The position numbers and the translations under genes were made by a program. From positions 3,862,656 through 3,926,655 of the forward strand of contig OZ242195.1 in assembly GCA_965205975.1 (NCBI GenBank): 64,000 nt of DNA, written 5' to 3'. Below, in pieces: positions 57,177 through 64,000 of the stretch. Under the pieces are notes generated by a model that had not been told where the DNA came from, did no database searches, and saw only the letters and a program-made list of their open reading frames with translations. This DNA comes from Candidatus Latescibacterota bacterium (GTDB taxonomy: Bacteria; Latescibacterota; UBA2968). Every line of letters begins with the position of its first letter. Within the stretch, counting starts at the first letter, position 1.

Positions 57177-57455
57177 TTATTTCAGCCCAACCTCTCGACG
57201 CAAGTCGTCAACGGATTGGGCGGGTTCTGTACCGGCTTTTGCTCGATTTAGCGCTGTTGCCAATCGTTCCGCATTTTTGGGTGAGCTGAGAAGATGAGCG
57301 GTTTCTATGAGACTGGCAAGCTCAGACGCAGAAATCAAAGCAACATCTTCATGCCCCGGACGGGTGATAATGACGTAATCACTGTCATCCGTCACATCTT
57401 TGCAGAGACTGGCGAGCCTATCGCGTGCCTGAGTATAGGAAAATGTTCTGGTCAT
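57177..57455 (-). CDS. yefM: Phd/YefM-family type II antitoxin (orphan; no toxin gene downstream)
   Basis: 92 aa: MTRTFSYTQARDRLASLCKDVTDDSDYVIITRPGHEDVALISASELASLIETAHL is the YefM fold signature. The position where a toxin gene would be expected downstream is occupied by a B-type repeat. Confidence 0.75.
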   Translation of the reverse strand: MTRTFSYTQARDRLASLCKDVTDDSDYVIITRPGHEDVALISASELASLIETAHLLSSPKNAERLATALNRAKAGTEPAQSVDDLRREVGLK

Positions 57456-57489
57456 ATTATTTGAAATATAAGGAATAACAAAGCCCGCC

Positions 57490-57774
57490 CTATTTGGGGA
57501 GATTCATCAAAATGGTAATTGACGTGCCGAAAATGGCGATCAGAACCGTCAAAAGAAGTCCAACCGTCCATTTTAAATGGCTGGTCATGCGGGTTTCTAT
57601 ACTGTTCAAACGGTTGTCCACACGGGTTGACAATTCGCGTTGGCTTTGCTCAATGCTGGTCATGCGAGCGTCCATGCTGGTCAAACGCTGCACGATCTGA
57701 TCAACAATCCCTTCTATTCGACTCATGCGCGTATCGATATCGGCCATTCTGCTTTCTGCTGACGGAAGCTGCAT
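57490..57774 (-). CDS. small coiled-coil protein with a C-terminal TM helix (paralog of 51408..51671)
   Basis: 94 aa taking the ATG at M6 (MQLPSAESRMADIDTRMSRIEGIVDQ...), then TM WTVGLLLTVLIAIFGTSITILM. Confidence 0.55.
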   Translation of the reverse strand: MQLPSAESRMADIDTRMSRIEGIVDQIVQRLTSMDARMTSIEQSQRELSTRVDNRLNSIETRMTSHLKWTVGLLLTVLIAIFGTSITILMNLPK

Positions 57775-57874
57775 TGTGTGTCCTATCATTTTCGAATGAT
57801 ACGTTTAAGCGCGCGGAACCTGGCCCCGTAGCTATAATATATTGAAGACGATGATAAATATGAAGGAAATCGCG

Positions 57875-58840
57875 TCACCCATCCAACGCTTGCTCAAATG
57901 CCTCAAGATTGGACACCTGGATCGCCGCACGGTGCAACTGCTTGAGACGTTGCAAATCATCAATCGCGGCAATGCGTTTGGATAGCGGGTGTGCTTCACG
58001 CAGGTCAAATCGAATCTCCAACACGTCGAGAATATCTTCAATCGCGCGTTGCCTGCCCCCTTGCTCAATACCTTGCTCAATACCTTGCTCAATACCCTGC
58101 TCAATACCTTGCTCAATACCTTGCTCAATACCCTGCTCAATACCTTGCTCAATACCTAATTGCTTGATGTATTGTGCAGACAATGATTCGCGCATAATGG
58201 CATCCATAAGACCCTCCTGTAATAGAATACGATTGATCAGTGTCGGATCATACGCTAACCCACTCAATATCATCAACCTGCCTAAAAAGTCAACCTTTAT
58301 TGATTCATCCACCGGCAGCGCATTCGTCGCGTCAACACAGTGACGCAGCCACGCCTCTGAATCTATGCCAGACGGACGCTTCATCAACGGCACGAACGGA
58401 AACAAGCCCGAAGGTCCACCATCAAGAATATCCTGTCCCTCTATTTCACTCAGCCGAATCACGCTATATTTGATCACAGCAAGATGGCCGGACATTTTAT
58501 GAATAAAGTGCCCCGGATCGCGCCGACCTGCATTGCGTCGCAAGTAGATCACACTGGAATAAATCGGCAGGTTGTGCTGCTCTATCGCACGTATCATATA
58601 GCCCGCCATGCGCAGCGGCATAGACGGATCGTCAGTGGTTTGAAACTCCGTATGGATCAACGCCTCCTCACCTGCGATAAGGACGCGGATAAGGCTGTCC
58701 ATGTGTCGTGTTTCAACGGTGTTTTGCTCTGTGTCGAGGATGTCGAGGACTTCTACATCGTCCTGTCCGAATGTGAGGCGGATGAAGTCTTTGGGGTAGG
58801 TTTGGATGAGGTCTTTAGAGATGGTGTCATATTCGGCCAT
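57875..58840 (-). CDS. Rpn-family recombination-promoting nuclease / putative transposase (YhgA-like), with an internal (GIEQ)x8 repeat
   Basis: 321 aa. N-terminal PD-(D/E)XK-like region (DSLIRVLIAGEEALIHTEFQ), a C-terminal DUF4351-like region, and a 12-bp in-frame tandem repeat at ~58040-58140. Confidence 0.7.
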   Translation of the reverse strand: MAEYDTISKDLIQTYPKDFIRLTFGQDDVEVLDILDTEQNTVETRHMDSLIRVLIAGEEALIHTEFQTTDDPSMPLRMAGYMIRAIEQHNLPIYSSVIYLRRNAGRRDPGHFIHKMSGHLAVIKYSVIRLSEIEGQDILDGGPSGLFPFVPLMKRPSGIDSEAWLRHCVDATNALPVDESIKVDFLGRLMILSGLAYDPTLINRILLQEGLMDAIMRESLSAQYIKQLGIEQGIEQGIEQGIEQGIEQGIEQGIEQGIEQGGRQRAIEDILDVLEIRFDLREAHPLSKRIAAIDDLQRLKQLHRAAIQVSNLEAFEQALDG

Positions 58841-59098
58841 GTGGCATGCCTCGCGTCTGATGGGTGAATTTGATCAGACACAAAGCAAATATCAGGCCAA
58901 CATCACTGAATTGAGCGATACATTGTATGGACAGAAGCTCAAATAGCCGCATCAGGCGTTTAATATGCTGTAACCTGAATGCAGGAAGCACCTTTGGAGA
59001 TACATACACATGGAACGCGCTGAAAGGTAAGAGTGTAAGTTTTGATCCATGAAGAATGGGATATCGTGAAAAATATGTACCTTATTATTATAACGCAA

Positions 59099-59719
59099 TC
59101 ATTTCTCGATACTGTGTTCAAGCCGGCCGATCTCGTCGCGCAGCCTGGCGGCTTCTTCGTACTCTTCCAGCGCAACCGCCTCTTGCAAACGCGCCTTGAG
59201 CGCATCTACCTGCTGCGTCACCTGATCGGGTGCCTCTTCAGTGGATTCATCCTCTCCTGCAGCCCTTATAAAAGCAGCAATATTCTCAACGCCTTCAATG
59301 GGTGCCTCGGCCTCTTGCATCTCGACCGACAGCCCCGCCTCCTCAATCACCTGATCTGCCACAAAAATCGGGGCATCAACGCGCAACGCCAATGCCAGCG
59401 CATCGCTCGGACGCGAATCAATACAAATCGATTCCCCATCGCGGACAAGCGTAATCTCCGCAAAAAACGTCTCGTCTTTCAACGCACTGACCAGCACCTG
59501 CTCGACGTGTACATCGAACCCCTCTAAAATATCACACAACAAATCATAGGCAATCGGGCGCGGCGGCGGCTCATCGTGAAGCGCTATAGAAATCGCAACC
59601 GCCTCAAAATTGCCAATCGCAATGGGCAAAAAGACCTTCTGGTCCTTATCCTTTAGCCAGACCAGCGGATGACTGCTATTGGGTTCAAGCTGCACGGCAA
59701 TCACTTCCATTTCTGTCAT
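59099..59719 (-). CDS. bifunctional nuclease (BFN/DUF151) domain protein with a C-terminal UVR motif
   Basis: IALHDEPPPRPIAYDL..FAEITLVRDGE..IDSRPSDALALALR and C-terminal ALEEYEEAARLRDEIGRLE (UvrB/C-like). The ATG is at M13 of the TTG-initiated track ORF. Confidence 0.7.
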   Translation of the reverse strand: MTEMEVIAVQLEPNSSHPLVWLKDKDQKVFLPIAIGNFEAVAISIALHDEPPPRPIAYDLLCDILEGFDVHVEQVLVSALKDETFFAEITLVRDGESICIDSRPSDALALALRVDAPIFVADQVIEEAGLSVEMQEAEAPIEGVENIAAFIRAAGEDESTEEAPDQVTQQVDALKARLQEAVALEEYEEAARLRDEIGRLEHSIEK

Positions 59720-59732
59720 GCGAGAAATCCTT

Positions 59733-59966
59733 TTAGATGAGGGAATTAGATACAATATCGAATATAAAAGTCTCGAACCTCAAATCTCGTATATTTAGAT
59801 TTTTGCAACCCTGCAATAACACGAGCCAACACATATTGACGGCAATTGCAAAATACTCTGTCTCGTTACTCCGAACAACAGGAACAAGGTCAGTCACAAA
59901 AATAAGCAGATGTTTACGGATTCCAATTTCATCTTGAGCAAGAATACAGGTGCCCGCTAATCCCAT
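59733..59966 (-). CDS. small ORF downstream of the second Panacea-domain gene; N-terminally homologous to 21624..21989 (candidate toxin, possibly truncated)
   Basis: MGLAGTCILAQDEIGIRKHLLIFVTDLV aligns with MSLAGECYLFEDGGGYHLHIFLTDYL. 77 aa. It overlaps the Panacea gene stop by 10 nt. Confidence 0.4.
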   Translation of the reverse strand: MGLAGTCILAQDEIGIRKHLLIFVTDLVPVVRSNETEYFAIAVNMCWLVLLQGCKNLNIRDLRFETFIFDIVSNSLI

Positions 59967-60661
59967 GCATGTCCAATCATTTTTTCAAAATCCGCTCTGA
60001 TAGCCAAATCTTCTCGTATATCCAATATATCATCCTCATCCCATCCAACAGCACGCAACCAATTATTCCACTCAATAGGTCGAGCAGTGTTACCCGTATC
60101 TTCATACTCTGCCAATTTGTGCGTCTGTTGAGATATTTCATGAAAAGACATATGTCCAACTTCTTCTATCACTTTGTTGATATATTCCATATTCGCTTCA
60201 GACAACGCACCTGTACCAACTTCAACATCTCGCAACTTTACAAGATGTTTGGTATCAAGCCCCCAAAATACCTTATTCCAATACCTACCATTGCCTTCTT
60301 TTATCAATCTATATGTACAGCTCAATAACGGTCCAAACTTCATATTACAAGGACGATCAAAAGTGATGGGATAACCGCGGTCCTCCAGAGACTTTCGATC
60401 TATCAAATAGATTATCTTGAGCAATTTGCCCATATCCATCTTATTGTTAAATTTCTTTACCAATAAGGCAGCAACCTGCACTGTTTTTCTCTCATCAAAA
60501 TCAGGAAGTTTCAAGTCGTCAACGTGAGAGGACCGTAATGTTGCCAGACTCGTTGGACAAGATTCGAGGTAACACCAGTGTACAGGGTTCCGTTGCGTTT
60601 GCTCGCCATGATATATACGCAGGGTTGGTTCATTCCTTAAATATTCTGGATCGCGGCTCAA
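59957..60661 (-). CDS. Panacea-domain (DUF4065, PanA-like antitoxin) protein, paralog 2
   Basis: MGKLLKIIYLIDRKSLEDRGYPITFDRPCNMKFGPLLSCTYRL aligns along its length with 21992..22570. AT-rich islet. The start is uncertain. Confidence 0.65.
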   Translation of the reverse strand: MSRDPEYLRNEPTLRIYHGEQTQRNPVHWCYLESCPTSLATLRSSHVDDLKLPDFDERKTVQVAALLVKKFNNKMDMGKLLKIIYLIDRKSLEDRGYPITFDRPCNMKFGPLLSCTYRLIKEGNGRYWNKVFWGLDTKHLVKLRDVEVGTGALSEANMEYINKVIEEVGHMSFHEISQQTHKLAEYEDTGNTARPIEWNNWLRAVGWDEDDILDIREDLAIRADFEKMIGHAWD

Positions 60662-60965
60662 CTACATAGCCTGCCCCGTAGTGATTCTATACGGGGCCGC
60701 GATGACGAGTGCCACCGCATAGGCATGTGTCGTAATAGCCTGCTCTGGAATGTTTTAATCCAGAGATTCTATACGGCAGGCTTTGCTCGACACCTCTGGA
60801 TTAATGAATTCATTAAAAATAATGAAGTATAAACAGACAAAAAGCAAGCGGAAATAGTCTGTCCCCTTTATTAACACCTCAAGGGACAGATAAAACCTTC
60901 TGGATCGCGGCTCAAGCATGTCCCTGCATGGTGTTGAGCAGGGAACCCATACCGCGATGACGGCG
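60641..60965. repeat. two B/D-type composite palindromic repeats flanking an AT-rich spacer
   Basis: TTCTGGATCGCGGCTCAACTACATAGCCTGCCCCGTAGTGATTCTATACGGGGCCGCGATGAC and CTTCTGGATCGCGGCTCAAGCATGTCCCTGCATGGTGTTGAGCAGGGAACCCATACCGCGATGAC. Confidence 0.85.
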
Positions 60966-61077
60966 GTACCCTCTTCTCCCTTCACACTTCATTCTTCTCC
61001 CTTCTCTTGACAGCCCGCGCGTCGCATCGTATCATTAAACCCGTATTCACGCAACCCATAACCTCAGGAGAATCGCT

Positions 61078-62019
61078 ATGTCCTCCCCCTGCTGCGGTGC
61101 GAGCAGACCTGTCTCATCCAAAAAAAGAAAAACGCGCAAACAAAAAAACAGGCGCAGAAATGACACACCCCTCAAAAACATGATCCGCATATCGGGCGGC
61201 ACATTTCTCATGGGAACAGACAGCGACGAAGGCTTCGCAGAAGACGGCGAAGGACCCATGAGAGAAGTCACAATCGATCCCTTTTACCTCGATGCGTGCG
61301 CCGTCACCAACGCCGACTTTGCCAAATTCGTCCGCACAACCGCGTACAAAACCGAAGCCGAACGCTTTGGCTGGTCCTTTGTATTCCACCTCTTTGTACC
61401 TCCCAACACCGCATCGCACATCTCGCAAACCGTCGTAGATACCCCCTGGTGGTTTGCTGTTGACGGCGCCTGCTGGCACCGCCCCGAAGGACCGGGAACA
61501 AATGTCAACAACCGCTGGAACCACCCCGCCATCCACATCTCGTGGAACGACGCCGTCGCCTATTGCAACTGGACGGGAAAACGCCTGCCCACAGAAGCCG
61601 AATGGGAATTTGCCGCACGGGGCGGCTTAAACAGCATGCGCTACCCCTGGGGAGACGACCTCGAACCCAACGGCAAACACATGTGCAACATCTGGCAGGG
61701 CACATTCCCCGAAGAAAACACCAGAGCAGATGGGCACATCGGCACCGCACCCGTCACCTCATACCCCCCCAACAACTACGGCATCTACAACATCTCGGGC
61801 AACGTCTGGGAATGGTGCAGCGACTGGTTCAGCCCCACCTTTCACCTCAAAAGCACCTCTGTAAACCCCACGGGACCCCACATCGGACAGGCGAAAAGCA
61901 TGCGCGGCGGCTCCTACCTTTGCCACGACTCCTACTGCAACCGATACCGCGTTGCTGCCCGCAGCGCAAACACCCCGGACAGCTCCACGGGCAATCTGGG
62001 GTTTCGGTGTGCGAGGTGA
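61078..62019 (+). CDS. formylglycine-generating enzyme (FGE/SUMF1 family), the sulfatase-maturing enzyme
   Basis: RISGGTFLMGTD, WEWCSDWF, and RGGSYLCHDSYCNRYRVAARS (Cu-binding Cys pair) are typical of aerobic FGE. AGGAG RBS. Confidence 0.88.
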   Translation: MSSPCCGASRPVSSKKRKTRKQKNRRRNDTPLKNMIRISGGTFLMGTDSDEGFAEDGEGPMREVTIDPFYLDACAVTNADFAKFVRTTAYKTEAERFGWSFVFHLFVPPNTASHISQTVVDTPWWFAVDGACWHRPEGPGTNVNNRWNHPAIHISWNDAVAYCNWTGKRLPTEAEWEFAARGGLNSMRYPWGDDLEPNGKHMCNIWQGTFPEENTRADGHIGTAPVTSYPPNNYGIYNISGNVWEWCSDWFSPTFHLKSTSVNPTGPHIGQAKSMRGGSYLCHDSYCNRYRVAARSANTPDSSTGNLGFRCAR

Positions 62020-62020
62020 G

Positions 62021-62105
62021 GCGCGAATAGACGAATCAACGAATAGACGAATCAACGAATAGACGAATCAACGAATAGACGAATCAACGAATAGACGAAT
62101 CGGCG
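62021..62105. repeat. 16-bp tandem repeat (ACGAATAGACGAATCA) x5
   Basis: CGAATAGACGAATCAACGAATAGACGAATCAACGAATAGACGAATCAACGAATAGACGAATCAACGAATAGACGAATCGGCGAACAGAC. Confidence 0.9.
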
Positions 62106-62112
62106 AACAGAC

Positions 62113-62153
62113 AAAAAAAGCGGAAGACGCAAACACGTCTTCCGCTTTTTTTC
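62113..62153. terminator. bidirectional Rho-independent terminator
   Basis: AAAAAAAGCGGAAGACG-CAAACA-CGTCTTCCGCTTTTTTTC, sitting between the convergent FGE and rplI genes. Confidence 0.85.
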
Positions 62154-62179
62154 ACACTTCCTACTTCACACTTCACACT

Positions 62180-62623
62180 TCACTCTCTAACCACCCACAC
62201 CTTCACAGACACCACAACCCCTGCATAAAGCCGAATGGGCACATCATATACCCCCAGTGCTCGAATCGGCTCTTCAAGCTCTATGTCTCGGCGATCAATA
62301 TCGAACCCCAGATCACTGAGCGCAGCTGCTATTTGCTGTGCCGTCACCGATCCAAAAATGCGATCCTCTTCGCCAGCCTTAACCGCCACATTGCACGAAA
62401 CCTCTTTCAAAGCCTCTGCCAGCGACTCGGCACCGCGCGTTTCACGCGCGCGTTGGGCTTCGCGTTGCTGGCGCACCTTCTCGTACACCGCCATATTTTG
62501 CTCATTTGCAATCAGCGCCACCGAACGAGGCAGCAAAAAATTTCGCGCATAGCCATCCTTCACCTCAACCACATCGCCAGCATTGCCCAGCGCATCCACA
62601 TCTGCTGTAAGAATAATTTTCAT
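62180..62623 (-). CDS. rplI: 50S ribosomal protein L9
   Basis: MKIILTADVDALGNAGDVVEVKDGYARNFLLP is the L9 N-domain signature. The ATG is at M12 of the track ORF. Confidence 0.9.
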   Translation of the reverse strand: MKIILTADVDALGNAGDVVEVKDGYARNFLLPRSVALIANEQNMAVYEKVRQQREAQRARETRGAESLAEALKEVSCNVAVKAGEEDRIFGSVTAQQIAAALSDLGFDIDRRDIELEEPIRALGVYDVPIRLYAGVVVSVKVWVVRE

Positions 62624-62676
62624 AATATATTCCCGGAATATTAAGCGGGCGGGCACGGAGGCACCGCCCCTACAAT

Positions 62677-62928
62677 CTAACGAATCGAATCATTCACATA
62701 AGGCATAAGCGCGAGGAAGCGGGCGTGCTTAATCGCGCGCACCAATGCGCGCTGCCCCTTTGCACACGTACCCGTCATACGCCGGGGAACAATTTTCCCG
62801 CGCTCGGTAACAAACCGGCGCAACAAACGCTCATTCTTATAATGAACATCCAAACGGTGTGCTTCAAAATGGCAGGCCCCTGTATGACCCTCGCAAATAT
62901 GGCAAACCTTCACTCGTCCTCTATTCAT
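62677..62928 (-). CDS. rpsR: 30S ribosomal protein S18
   Basis: ...[50 protein letters not shown]. Confidence 0.9.
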   Translation of the reverse strand: MNRGRVKVCHICEGHTGACHFEAHRLDVHYKNERLLRRFVTERGKIVPRRMTGTCAKGQRALVRAIKHARFLALMPYVNDSIR

Positions 62929-63287
62929 TGGGCAACCTCCTCTTCGATAACATCTTCAGACAATTCTTCAGCCGCCTCTTCAGCGTCATCCTCTTCCTCT
63001 TGAGGAGGAATTTCAGTCTGAAGAATCAGATGCCGCAAAACAGCCTCATCCAAACGGCACGCCCGCTCAACATCCGCAATCGCGCCCGGATCGGCCTGAA
63101 AATAAAAAATTGTATAGTCGCCCTGCTGCCGCTTTTGAATCTCATAAGCGAGCCTGCGCACGCCCCAGCGGTCAATATTGACCACCGTAGCGCCCTGATC
63201 GGCGAGCAATGACGCATAGCGTTCGACCGTCTCATCCGCATTCTCCTGCGTACCGACAATCAAAACCATCTCGTACTCTCGTGACAT
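62925..63287 (-). CDS. rpsF: 30S ribosomal protein S6
   Basis: [11 protein letters not shown]...[30 protein letters not shown], with an acidic C-terminal tail. It overlaps rpsR by 4 nt. Confidence 0.88.
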   Translation of the reverse strand: MSREYEMVLIVGTQENADETVERYASLLADQGATVVNIDRWGVRRLAYEIQKRQQGDYTIFYFQADPGAIADVERACRLDEAVLRHLILQTEIPPQEEEDDAEEAAEELSEDVIEEEVAQ

Positions 63288-63348
63288 AAACTATCCCCCA
63301 TGGACGTGTGGTTCAGAAAACCGTGTTCTGAACGAGGAAAAAAAGCGC

Positions 63349-63500
63349 GAATCTGCGAATCTACGAATCTACGAATCTACGAATCTACGAATCTGCGAAT
63401 CTACGACGGAGTTTGTAACGACTTTGGGTGGTTGAGCGGGGTTCGTCTATTCGTCTATTCGTCTATTCGTCTATTCGTCTATTCGTCTATTCGTCTATTC
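63349..63500. repeat. two octamer tandem-repeat tracts, (CGAATCTA)x~8 and (CGTCTATT)x~9, upstream of rpsF
   Basis: GCGAATCTGCGAATCTACGAATCTACGAATCTACGAATCT... and GGTTCGTCTATTCGTCTATTCGTCTATTCGTCTATTCGTCTATTCGTCTATT... The second is the reverse complement of the AATAGACG unit seen at 62021-62105. Confidence 0.9.
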
Positions 63501-63502
63501 GT

Positions 63503-64000
63503 TCACACCAACATTGGAGCCAGAATCAGCGAAACCACCGACATCAACTTAATCAAAATATTCAACGCGGGACCAGACGTATCTTTTAACGGATCGCCAA
63601 CCGTATCGCCAACCACGGCAGCTTTATGCGCCTCGGACCCCTTACCCCCCAAATTGCCCCCCTCAATCAACTTCTTCGCATTGTCCAGCGCCCCCCCACT
63701 ATTTGCCATCATCAGCGCCAGCAACACACCCGACACAGTCGCACCCGCCAGCATACCGCCCAACGCCTCGGCCCCCAGAACAAAGCCCACCAGCACCGGC
63801 GTCAAAACAGCCACCAGCCCCGGCACCACCATCTCGCGCAAAGCCGCGACAGAACTGATATCGACACAGCGACGCGTATCCGGCTTGCCCGTCCCCTCCA
63901 TCAACCCTGGAATCTCGCGGAACTGCCGACGCACCTCTTCAACCATCTTAAACGCCGCATTGCCCACACTCGTCATCGTCAACGCCGCCACGCAAAAAGG
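63503..64000 (-). CDS. hppA: K+-insensitive/H+-translocating pyrophosphatase, 5'-partial (only the C-terminal part is in the window)
   Basis: [33 protein letters not shown] is the V-PPase C-terminal signature. The ORF continues beyond position 64000. Confidence 0.85.
   Translation of the reverse strand, partial: PFCVAALTMTSVGNAAFKMVEEVRRQFREIPGLMEGTGKPDTRRCVDISSVAALREMVVPGLVAVLTPVLVGFVLGAEALGGMLAGATVSGVLLALMMANSGGALDNAKKLIEGGNLGGKGSEAHKAAVVGDTVGDPLKDTSGPALNILIKLMSVVSLILAPMLV

Noticed and set aside
2358-62680. Interpreting the palindromic repeats as insertion sequences or MITEs with terminal inverted repeats and target-site duplications.
   Set aside because: The units are 25-90 bp, with no flanking direct duplications that I could identify and no transposase ORF in the window. 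REP/BIME-like structured repeats are the more conservative description.

Overview
This 64-kb window looks chromosomal and comes from a moderately GC-rich Gram-negative-type bacterium. The family assignments point that way: three T9SS-type C-terminal sorting domains, a UBact-type Pup ending RTGE, three Cys-type sulfatases plus an FGE maturase, and a TRAP transporter.

About 85-90% of the window is coding, and almost all plus-strand ORFs lying inside minus-strand genes are antisense artefacts of codon bias.

Main content:
- A 3'-partial minus-strand CDS, then queF, a Cys-less QueF paralog and a 389-aa unknown, apparently one operon.
- cysC, a cyclase-family gene and a COG4091-like dehydrogenase.
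- A Uma2 nuclease, acnA and gpmI.
- Sulfatases at 11420, 14152 and 24006, an alcohol dehydrogenase, and an ECF sigma / anti-sigma pair.
- A DUF4160 / DUF2442-HTH pair.
- dctPQM (TRAP).
- An AAA/DUF4143 ATPase, a DUF1343 (NamZ-like) gene, an isochorismatase-family gene, and an MsbA-like ABC exporter.
- A complete Pup/UBact-proteasome cluster: mpa/arc, dop/pafA-like, ubact, prcB, prcA, pafA/dop-like (30803-37536).
- A roughly 10.3-kb operon of three giant secreted proteins (40226-50528). All three carry T9SS sorting tails, and the two largest also carry dockerin- and cohesin-like modules.
- A rearranged region (51.4-59.1 kb) with two GT-C glycosyltransferases, Rpn (YhgA-like) nuclease genes and fragments, vapBC, an orphan yefM, and small coiled-coil membrane proteins.
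- A bifunctional-nuclease/UVR protein.
- rpsF-rpsR-rplI and a partial H+-pyrophosphatase.

Features that stand out:
- (i) A dense family of modular palindromic intergenic repeats (GGGCGAGGCATGCCTCGCCCCTACA and relatives), roughly 25 copies. Some have invaded the 3' ends of genes.
- (ii) Two AT-rich islets, each with a Panacea-domain (PanA-like antitoxin) gene next to a homologous uncharacterised small ORF. The small ORF is a candidate novel toxin.
- (iii) The UBact-proteasome locus.
- (iv) Tandem queF paralogs, one without the catalytic Cys.
- (v) Segmental duplication of a promoter/leader plus the first ~12 codons onto two unrelated GT-C genes, with Rpn genes alongside.

I found no rRNA, tRNA or CRISPR.
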